The notes under the pieces are model-generated. The model saw only the letters and a program-made list of their open reading frames with translations. It ran no database searches and was not told where the DNA came from. Of a stretch of DNA of 31,675 nucleotides, positions 7,913 to 14,843 are shown in pieces. The stretch lies in the IMG/VR virus record IMGVR_UViG_3300029705_000019; one strand, 5' to 3'. The position numbers and the translations under genes were made by a program. This DNA comes from a virus. Its lineage: Duplodnaviria > Heunggongvirae > Uroviricota > Caudoviricetes. Each line of letters begins with the position of its first letter. Position 1 is the stretch's first letter.

Positions 7913-9946
7913 TTACCAAACAATAATTCCATCAGCGATATATGAAACAGGCTGAGCTTTACCCATACCAAAATTCATGTATTGATCTGATTCTTCCGAT
8001 TTATTTTTATCCACTAATCTAAGTGGATCCAACTGTGCTTGCATCTCTTGTTCAAATTGTGCAGCAAACTGAGTCATGTCAAGCTCACTGTTATTTTTGT
8101 TTATCTGCTCAACGTTTTCAAGAGTTTCACCGTAATCATATGCATACTCGGCTGCATGTTTACTTGCATTGAATGTTGCACCACAAACTGCATCCAGAAT
8201 ATCTTTATGGAAATTTGGTGAATGGTCAACTTTACCTGTATTATTGTTACGCTCTACGTCAACAAATTCATCGAATAAGCGTTCTGAACGATACATTGCA
8301 AATCTTCGTTCATAAACAGCGCTTCTCAAATACTGATACGGTTTACATATTCTATCACTATCAACACGGTCTACTGATAACACAGTGTATTCAAAACCTT
8401 CAGCTGCAAGTTGCTGACCTGTGTCAACACTTTGGAATGTATCCGTTGATATACCTTTAATCTTGAATCCTTGTTCTCTTAACCAACGGATAAATTTTCT
8501 ATTCTTTTCAAATGATATTTGACAACCTTTTGGAGCTTTTATTGACGTACTAAATGCAAGTCTAAAATTAAGGTCATTTGCCTCATCTTCGCCAGTATTT
8601 ACCTTTTTGCCAGCAATCCATACACCAGCAATACCTGTATGGTCACCACTTGTTGACATATCCATGTGAATGAACAATGGTTTGTTCATAAATTCTTTTG
8701 GTATATGTTCCACATTAAATAGATGATAGTACTGTAAAGTGTCATCTTTTCTGTTACCTGTTTCAATTACATCAGGTAATGGATTTTTGAATGACTCATC
8801 AATAGCATCTGCAACAACCTGACCCGACATATATTTGTTGGAACTTGAACTTGAAATACCAGCAAAGTCGCAAAGATTTCTTTCAATGTCCTCCAAAAAC
8901 TTTGCCTTAAAATCAATCGGAACTTCAATTATTTTATAGCCACGATCTTTATAAAGATGTAATCGATCTTTATCATTATCAGGTATAACAATACTTTCAA
9001 GAAATTTATTACCAAGACCAACAAAGAATATTTCGTCACTATATGTACCCTTCGGCTTAACTTCCCAAACTGGTTTGTCAATTACAAGTACTGAATGACC
9101 CTCAGTCTTTGTGAGTGTTTTTATATATTCTTCCATAAATGATTGTTCACTTCGCTTTGAGGATGCAACAACCAACATTGTTGGATTTTTACCATTGTAA
9201 ATAAAGCGAGTAAACATACCACCTATAGCAGTATCAATCATGTCTTTTGCTTTTGCTTTTTGTTTATCAATATCTTGATTTTTAATGAATGAGATTTCAT
9301 CAAAGAAAGCAAAGAAAATTGGCTGACCGATTACGTCATCACTTTGTGAACCAATAATTATCTGTATCGGATCCGGGGGTACCCAATATGGTTTACTTTG
9401 AAATGAAGTCATTCGACCTCTTTTCATAAACCACGGAGACATTTGAATTGTCTTCTGAAATTTACTAATAGCAATTTCTTCAGCAAGTGATAATTTAATG
9501 TTCATGAATGCAAAACAGATTTTTTCTGTTTGCTTTAAGTGAAAGAATTCAAGTGGATTCTTCATGCACATTACACGATACATTAAATATGCTCCTACAC
9601 AACCACATGCAACTTCACTTTTACCAATACCACGGGCGCCGGATTCAAGTAATGTGTTATAATCAGTGTCTATATTTGTTGGAAACAATTTCTTTAACTG
9701 TTCAAGCCAGAAGGGGTAAAGCTTCATCTTGCCGCCTGCATCTTTCCAAGCCTGACCAAGATAATTGTCATCAGTCAAGAATGTTTCAATGTCAACAGGT
9801 ATTTCTTCATATTCATCATACTTTAACTCGTTAAGCAACTGTGATGAACCATTTGCATACTGAGTGAGTATTTTAAGAGCATATTCTCGCTCTTGAGGAC
9901 TTAGATTGTCGAGTGCTGATAGGTTCAAGTTATTATTTGCAACCAT
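7913..9946 (-). CDS. terL: Terminase large subunit
   Basis: 677 aa. Walker A 'SGARGIGKS', Walker B 'FAFFDE', coupling motif 'VASS', RNase H-like nuclease motifs 'IHMDMSTSGD', 'STDTFQS', 'KDILDAVCG'. Confidence 0.92.
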   Translation of the reverse strand: MVANNNLNLSALDNLSPQEREYALKILTQYANGSSQLLNELKYDEYEEIPVDIETFLTDDNYLGQAWKDAGGKMKLYPFWLEQLKKLFPTNIDTDYNTLLESGARGIGKSEVACGCVGAYLMYRVMCMKNPLEFFHLKQTEKICFAFMNIKLSLAEEIAISKFQKTIQMSPWFMKRGRMTSFQSKPYWVPPDPIQIIIGSQSDDVIGQPIFFAFFDEISFIKNQDIDKQKAKAKDMIDTAIGGMFTRFIYNGKNPTMLVVASSKRSEQSFMEEYIKTLTKTEGHSVLVIDKPVWEVKPKGTYSDEIFFVGLGNKFLESIVIPDNDKDRLHLYKDRGYKIIEVPIDFKAKFLEDIERNLCDFAGISSSSSNKYMSGQVVADAIDESFKNPLPDVIETGNRKDDTLQYYHLFNVEHIPKEFMNKPLFIHMDMSTSGDHTGIAGVWIAGKKVNTGEDEANDLNFRLAFSTSIKAPKGCQISFEKNRKFIRWLREQGFKIKGISTDTFQSVDTGQQLAAEGFEYTVLSVDRVDSDRICKPYQYLRSAVYERRFAMYRSERLFDEFVDVERNNNTGKVDHSPNFHKDILDAVCGATFNASKHAAEYAYDYGETLENVEQINKNNSELDMTQFAAQFEQEMQAQLDPLRLVDKNKSEESDQYMNFGMGKAQPVSYIADGIIVW

Positions 9947-9963
9947 AAAAGCTCCTCTTAGTA

Positions 9964-10812
9964 TTATTTATTTTTCTTCAGCTTATCAAACACGTCACCA
10001 TATTCATCACGCCAATCATCGCCAAAATAGCGGCGCATGAAATCTTCATCTTCATCAAAGTCAAGATCATCTATGTCATCTTCTTTTTCTTTTTTCCATT
10101 GAATGTCATCTTTATCAAAGTCAACTTCAACAGATCCAACAGTTACGCTATATGATTGAAGTGATGCTTCTCCGAAGTCGAAATTAACCGGTTTCTCAAT
10201 ATCATCATATTCAAATGATCTGTCAATTTCCCACTGTAGTTGTTCAATCAACTCTTCTATGCTATTATATTTGTAGTCAAGAGCCCTATCAATAGCTGTT
10301 CTAATTTTTGATTCAATCTTTTTTCTTTTTGCTGCTTCAATCTCTCGTGATGCTCTATCTTCATCAGCATACCTAACAATAAGAACAGGATGTTTTGTAT
10401 CCCATCCAAACAATTCAGCAGCTGTTAACATTCTATGTAAGCCCTCTTGCTGTCTTTCTGCATAGTTGATGTATGTTAACGGAAATTTTCTTTTATATGT
10501 AAGAATTACCTCTTTTAGGTGATTGATGATATTTCTATCATATTCTCCACGCTCTACTTTTAACTTTTCAGCACTAGTATTAAAACAATGTTTTGCACAT
10601 TCGTCATAATACTCTTGTGGAGTCATTTGAACAATTTCACCACTTAAATTATATTTCTTGCGAAGGTACTCTTTATCTCCACCATCAAGAAAGTCATTAT
10701 AAAATGATGTTCCTGTTGTTGATGTGTCAAATATATTTGACCCGCTTACTGTTCCAGTACCATAATCATAGAATTGTTTTTCATCATCAAGATACTTTTC
10801 TGATAATTTCAT
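9964..10812 (-). CDS. ParB/Srx-like N-terminal-fold protein with acidic C-terminus
   Basis: Likely start ATG 10812 (MKLSEKY; GGGGGTG RBS); the ORF-track extension to 10887 overlaps a terminator and promoter motif. 282 aa. 'FPLTYINY...QQEGLHRMLTAAELFG...PVLIV' resembles the ParB/Srx (D/E)GxHR motif. Confidence 0.55.
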   Translation of the reverse strand: MKLSEKYLDDEKQFYDYGTGTVSGSNIFDTSTTGTSFYNDFLDGGDKEYLRKKYNLSGEIVQMTPQEYYDECAKHCFNTSAEKLKVERGEYDRNIINHLKEVILTYKRKFPLTYINYAERQQEGLHRMLTAAELFGWDTKHPVLIVRYADEDRASREIEAAKRKKIESKIRTAIDRALDYKYNSIEELIEQLQWEIDRSFEYDDIEKPVNFDFGEASLQSYSVTVGSVEVDFDKDDIQWKKEKEDDIDDLDFDEDEDFMRRYFGDDWRDEYGDVFDKLKKNK

Positions 10813-10835
10813 ATCAAAGCACCCCCTATATGTAA

Positions 10836-10844
10836 TATATACAA
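10836..10844 (-). promoter_or_regulatory. TTGTATATA motif (putative late promoter) heading the ParB-like/terminase/portal unit
   Basis: Exact copy just downstream of a terminator hairpin and 23 nt before the ATG. Confidence 0.6.
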
Positions 10845-10854
10845 GTTGAGTAAC

Positions 10855-10890
10855 AAAATAAATGGAGTTGTATGAAAACAACTCCATTTA
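10855..10890 (-). terminator. Rho-independent terminator ending the fibre gene cluster
   Basis: 13-bp stem TAAATGGAGTTGT/ACAACTCCATTTA, 6-nt loop, followed by TTTTGTT on the minus strand. Confidence 0.8.
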
Positions 10891-10913
10891 TAGTAATTCT
10901 TGTTAATTATTAA

Positions 10914-11054
10914 TTATTTCTTAACGTAGGGCTTTCCAACAATAGACTCGTATTCTTCAGGAGTAAGAACATTTTTTTCAACGAATACTCTAATATGAGC
11001 TTCTTTATAGATGCCCTTATCGTAGTAATACTTAATCTTATCGAATGTTGTCAT
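10914..11054 (-). CDS. XkdX-family small phage protein
   Basis: Not in the ORF track. 46 aa: MTTFDKIKYYYDKGIYKEAHIRVFVEKNVLTPEEYESIVGKPYVKK. GGAGG RBS. Matches the XkdX pattern (IKxYYxxG...V...LTxEEYxxIxG). Confidence 0.85.
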   Translation of the reverse strand: MTTFDKIKYYYDKGIYKEAHIRVFVEKNVLTPEEYESIVGKPYVKK

Positions 11055-11073
11055 AATATGTTTCCTCCATTAA

Positions 11074-11547
11074 TTAAACAGTTGCTTCAGGTTCAGTTGT
11101 TTCTTCTTCAACAACTGTGTCGAAGTCTTCATCGGTTAAGCTATTAAATAACAGCTCTGCATTTTCAACTTCCAATTCAGAAATTGTATTGTTTGCATTC
11201 TGAAGTTCAGCTGTAGTAGTCTGAAGCTGACTTGCTGTCGATGCAAGCTCAGAATTTGCTGTGTTAAGAGAATCTTCCAACTGCATAATGCGTTCTTCGT
11301 CTGTAGTAATCTTACCAACAGTTAGGGCAATTTCACGAAGAGTTGTGTAACCCTCATGCGTACCAAGAAGGTCACCCTTATCGTTCAAGATGTCAAAGGA
11401 TCCGGAAAGAATTTCTGCAACATTTTCAGCAGGAACTTCATCAGGGAACAAAATCTTGAATGCTGGAAATGTATTAGTACCAATCTTGAATGATGTACTA
11501 ATAATGGTGTTTACATTAATTTCTTTATTTGCTGTTTTGATAATCAT
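11074..11547 (-). CDS. XkdW-like partner protein with C-terminal coiled coil (putative fibre chaperone/accessory)
   Basis: 157 aa, GAGGAG RBS. Heptads ending 'ISELEVENAELLF'. Sits directly upstream of an XkdX gene, as is usual for this pair. Confidence 0.55.
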   Translation of the reverse strand: MIIKTANKEINVNTIISTSFKIGTNTFPAFKILFPDEVPAENVAEILSGSFDILNDKGDLLGTHEGYTTLREIALTVGKITTDEERIMQLEDSLNTANSELASTASQLQTTTAELQNANNTISELEVENAELLFNSLTDEDFDTVVEEETTEPEATV

Positions 11548-11582
11548 GAGAAATGTTCTCCTCTAATAAATTCTTTATCTAA

Positions 11583-12149
11583 TTATTCATAACGGAAACA
11601 CAAGTCACCGTTACTTGCGCTTGTAGGAAGATCTTCAGTGGAAGAAATAAGGAATACGTTTCTTGTGTTTTGCGAGTTAAGATCTGCAGATCCAACTTTC
11701 AATGGACTATACAAGCTTTGTTGACTACCTTTGTGTTTAGAAAGATATCCAGTTGCCTCAATACAATATAGGCTCTCTTCATTTGCACAATATCGAACAA
11801 GTAAATAGCCGTTAGAGAAACCAATTAAATCACTATCATGGTCAGGTGTGACGATTATTAGAAAATGATCGTTAATCACAACCTGATACAGCCCAACGGA
11901 ATCAGAACAGTCGCTCTTCAAGTATAAGATGTCACCATCAACTAGTTCAGCGGGGTAGTTTCCAGTTAGTGTAAAGTTTTCGCCATCTGTAACTAGCTCA
12001 ACAACTGGAATTCCACCAATTCTATAAAACCCTGTTCCATCGCTTGTGTAAAGTTCTTTCTTGTCTTCTGTGTAATAAAAGGCATCATCAGCTTTTGTGG
12101 CTGAGCTTAAATTGGCTGATTGACCTTTATAAAATTCAACATTTGCCAT
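11583..12149 (-). CDS. Fibre-associated protein with a divergent Mtd_N/hyaluronidase-N-like N-terminus
   Basis: 188 aa. N-terminus 'MANVEFYKGQSANL...DAFYYTEDKKELYTSDG'. C-terminus 'LPTSASNGDLCF'. Confidence 0.6.
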   Translation of the reverse strand: MANVEFYKGQSANLSSATKADDAFYYTEDKKELYTSDGTGFYRIGGIPVVELVTDGENFTLTGNYPAELVDGDILYLKSDCSDSVGLYQVVINDHFLIIVTPDHDSDLIGFSNGYLLVRYCANEESLYCIEATGYLSKHKGSQQSLYSPLKVGSADLNSQNTRNVFLISSTEDLPTSASNGDLCFRYE

Positions 12150-12239
12150 TGTTAATAATTTCCTCTCGTAAAATTATTAATTGAGGAGAATATTATTATG
12201 TATGTAAAAACAATAAACTCCACATTTTTTATACTTTGC

Positions 12240-12446
12240 TTAAAATGTTTTCCAAATTGAAGTTGGTTGTTTATAGAACTCAAGATTAATAACAGATTTA
12301 ACTCCATCACCGATTTTTACTCTATAATAATCAATAACTTCATCTGGTTCATAGATGATAAGCTCATCTTTTAATGGAATAAAATTTATTGCCTTATTCC
12401 AATTTTTTTCAACATCGTGTTTTATACCACGATTTTTCTGTGCCAT
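12240..12446 (-). CDS. Minimal adaptor-like protein: Mtd_N-like domain plus C-terminal IWKTF
   Basis: 68 aa, AAGGAG RBS. 'HDVEKNW..AINFIPLKDELIIY...RVKIGDG...NLEF'. Close paralog of the 87-aa gene. Confidence 0.8.
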   Translation of the reverse strand: MAQKNRGIKHDVEKNWNKAINFIPLKDELIIYEPDEVIDYYRVKIGDGVKSVINLEFYKQPTSIWKTF

Positions 12447-12531
12447 TTGATAGCTCCTTGAATTTTATCTTTTCAAAAATTTGGAGTTATGGAAATCGTC
12501 AGTTTCAGATGTCCATCTTAAACAAAGTAGT

Positions 12532-12570
12532 TTAAGAAGAGCATCCGATCAACACATGATATGTCAACAT
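12532..12570 (-). CDS. Putative 12-aa leader peptide/uORF (MLTYHVLIGCSS)
   Basis: GAGGAGG SD (12586-12580) 9 nt before ATG 12570; TAA at 12534-12532. Confidence 0.35.
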   Translation of the reverse strand: MLTYHVLIGCSS

Positions 12571-12619
12571 GATTGATCGCCTCCTCAATGTAGAATTTAT
12601 AGATTGTTATCTATAGTAA

Positions 12620-12628
12620 TATATACAT
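12620..12628 (-). promoter_or_regulatory. ATGTATATA, one-mismatch copy of the putative late promoter motif
   Basis: Immediately after the stop of the upstream gene. Continues TTA like the copies at 10836 and 25057. Confidence 0.5.
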
Positions 12629-12629
12629 T

Positions 12630-13226
12630 TTACTCGAAGGTTTTCCATTCAATCTGTTGAATAATTGTTGTTGTACCACCGCCACCTGATCCGCCATTTT
12701 GTTCGATATCAGTAACTTTATCGGATAAAGTATTAACAGTGTTCTTTAGTTCAGTCACTTCACTTGCTGTTGCAAAATAAGTGGAATCATGATTGTCTAA
12801 CGTGTCTGCGTTAACAACATTTCCATTAAGAATACTATCAAGTTGATTTGTGTGATCTTCAACAGTTGATCTAAGATTCTCAAATTCATCAGTATTAACA
12901 GATGTATTTTCAAGTTGACTTACTGTATTCTGAAGGTCCGAAATGTTATCTTCATTTCCACTAACTCTGTTTGTCAAACTCGCTAATGCTTCTGAATTAT
13001 CATCCACATCTGTTGTTAATTCATCAATTTTATCAGTGTTACTCTTAACATTTCTTTTAAGTGTACCAATGTCGCTAATATTTGTTTCAACTTTATCTTC
13101 AACATATTGGATGTGCTCAGTTGCAACTTTAATACCTTCCTCAATCTTATTCAGATTATCGGCATTTATTGCTGGTGGTGTACCATTATTCCATTCTGTT
13201 TTATCATATGTATTTATTTTTGCCAT
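12630..13226 (-). CDS. Coiled-coil (whisker/collar-like) fibre protein with virion-anchor-type N-terminus and C-terminal IEWKTFE
   Basis: Likely start ATG 13226 (MAKINTYDKTEWNNGTPPAINADNLNKIEEGI; AAGGAGA upstream). Long heptad repeat, 'NADTLDNHDSTYFA' motif, Gly linker, WKTF tail. Confidence 0.7.
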   Translation of the reverse strand: MAKINTYDKTEWNNGTPPAINADNLNKIEEGIKVATEHIQYVEDKVETNISDIGTLKRNVKSNTDKIDELTTDVDDNSEALASLTNRVSGNEDNISDLQNTVSQLENTSVNTDEFENLRSTVEDHTNQLDSILNGNVVNADTLDNHDSTYFATASEVTELKNTVNTLSDKVTDIEQNGGSGGGGTTTIIQQIEWKTFE

Positions 13227-13270
13227 CCAGAACATGTCTCCTTTAACGAGATTCATTCGTGATAAGAACT

Positions 13271-13301
13271 AAGGGTTACAGCTGATTATATTGTAACCCT
13301 T
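13271..13301 (-). terminator. Intergenic stem-loop (weak terminator or mRNA-stabilising hairpin)
   Basis: 10-bp stem AAGGGTTACA/TGTAACCCTT, 11-nt loop, poor U-tract. Confidence 0.45.
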
Positions 13302-13332
13302 GTTAACTTATCAATTTATCATTTTTGTCTTA

Positions 13333-14640
13333 TTAGAATGTTTTCCAAACAATCGCGTCATGTGTGTGACCCTCAACACTAACTTTTGTATTGTTACTGT
13401 ACAAGTGTCCACCAGAAGCATAACAGTTGACGTTCGAGTATGTTGTTTTGTTTGATGCAGACTGTGAGGTTGCACCCATTAGGAAAATTTTTGATGTTGT
13501 GTTTCCTGTTCTGCCATAAGTGTTTGTCCATGGTACATTGACAACAAGGTTGTCATTACTATCAACTTGTACGGCATATGTTCTACTTGCTGTGGTAGAT
13601 ACTGAATTTGCAGTCACTGTTTGAGTTGTTGCATTAACATTTGCATTGAATGTTGTTCCACTTAACGTTAAACCAGTTCCTGCTGTATATGTTGTATTTG
13701 TGTCTGTAACAGTTGATGCAATTGTAACTTTATTGTTTGTTGAATCAGCTGTTACAGTGATTCCTGCGCCTGCTGCAATATTGAATGTCTTCGCTGCCGC
13801 ATTTGGATCAAATGTTGTTGCAGTTGTACCATTTCCTTGAATAGTAAGATTATAGATACTTTGATGACTTGTTAAATAACCGGAGTGCGTATGATTACCT
13901 GCAGCAACTGTTGTGGCTGTTGAGCCAGTGGGAATTGTAAACTTAAGTTCACCTGCGCCACCATTTGGTGTAGCAGTATAAGTTAAACCATCCCATGTGC
14001 CTGTTGTGTGATAGTAATTAGTATTTGTATCAGTGTCAGTCCACGGAACATATACACCAAGTTTGTTATTCTTATCAAGCTGAACAGCATAGAATTTTGA
14101 AGTTCCGCCTGCTGTGTAAGAAGCAGCATTACTTGAAACAGTTGCATTAACGAGACTAACTCCAACTTCATCTGCGGAAACTGTAATACCATTACCAGCC
14201 CCAACATGTAATGTTACACTGCCTGAGGTTCCACCACCTGTTAAACCATTACCTGCTGTTACACCAGTAATATCACCTGCTGGTGGAACATAAGACCACC
14301 CAGTAAATACCCAATATGTTCCATTATATACATATGAAATGTATCTTGATGCATAACCGGCATATGTTAAAGAACTTGTAGTAATTGCTGCGGTATTGTA
14401 TAAAACTGATTTTGCACCGCTGCTTGCTACATTAAATGTGGGATTTGATGCTGTGTTGCTATAGGTAAATTTAACTACAATCATTGCGCCTGCTTCAAGA
14501 GCAAAGCCCGATGAATTACTTAAAGTTATAACTTTTGCAGCTGTGGCAGCAGCTGTTGAACAAGTACCATAGAATACTCTATGTTGTACTGAATAGTCTG
14601 TGCCACCAATGTTTAAGACTTGAATTAAATTTTCAGCCAT
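13333..14640 (-). CDS. Beta-structured fibre protein (Thr/Gly/Ala-rich), LNIGGxDY N-terminus, IVWKTF C-terminus
   Basis: 435 aa. 'YGTCSTAAATAAKV...VKFTYSNTASNPTFNV' phage-fibre domain; four AG(N/A/T)G(L/I)T repeats; two 'YAVQxDxNxxLxVxVPWT' repeats; two HTH motifs. Confidence 0.8.
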   Translation of the reverse strand: MAENLIQVLNIGGTDYSVQHRVFYGTCSTAAATAAKVITLSNSSGFALEAGAMIVVKFTYSNTASNPTFNVASSGAKSVLYNTAAITTSSLTYAGYASRYISYVYNGTYWVFTGWSYVPPAGDITGVTAGNGLTGGGTSGSVTLHVGAGNGITVSADEVGVSLVNATVSSNAASYTAGGTSKFYAVQLDKNNKLGVYVPWTDTDTNTNYYHTTGTWDGLTYTATPNGGAGELKFTIPTGSTATTVAAGNHTHSGYLTSHQSIYNLTIQGNGTTATTFDPNAAAKTFNIAAGAGITVTADSTNNKVTIASTVTDTNTTYTAGTGLTLSGTTFNANVNATTQTVTANSVSTTASRTYAVQVDSNDNLVVNVPWTNTYGRTGNTTSKIFLMGATSQSASNKTTYSNVNCYASGGHLYSNNTKVSVEGHTHDAIVWKTF

Positions 14641-14659
14641 GTTTTTTACCTCTTTATGT

Positions 14660-14747
14660 AAATCTCGTGACTGAGTGTTCCGTTACCTCATAAAAGGTAA
14701 GAACATTTTGCTATGACCATTTCTAACTAATTTGGTCATCGAGATTT
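14660..14747 (-). promoter_or_regulatory. Predicted three-way-junction RNA in the 5' leader of the 435-aa fibre gene
   Basis: Closing stem AAATCTCG/CGAGATTT encloses hairpins ATGACCA/TGGTCAT and TGTTC-TTACCT/AGGTAA-GAACA. Confidence 0.45.
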
Positions 14748-14787
14748 TGTAATAATCTTTGAAGATATATTAATCAATTGAATGTTA

Positions 14788-14817
14788 ACAACAAGGGCTT
14801 TGTAAAGCCCTTGTTGT
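14788..14817 (-). terminator. Strong intergenic inverted repeat downstream of the 534-aa gene
   Basis: 14-bp perfect inverted repeat ACAACAAGGGCTTT/AAAGCCCTTGTTGT; no clear U-tract beyond the stem. Confidence 0.55.
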
Positions 14818-14843
14818 ACTAAAACATTCATGCAATTTGTTTA

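Noticed and set aside
7913-7930. Terminase C-terminus GIIVW resembling the IVWKTF tag
   Set aside because: Lacks KTF and belongs to a non-fibre protein; probably coincidental.
10813-10887. N-terminal extension of the 307-aa ORF
   Set aside because: Overlaps a terminator hairpin and the promoter motif; the SD supports ATG 10812.
14660-14747. Hammerhead ribozyme or c-di-GMP riboswitch
   Set aside because: The CUGANGA/GAAA core and GEMM consensus are not present in the required positions on either strand.
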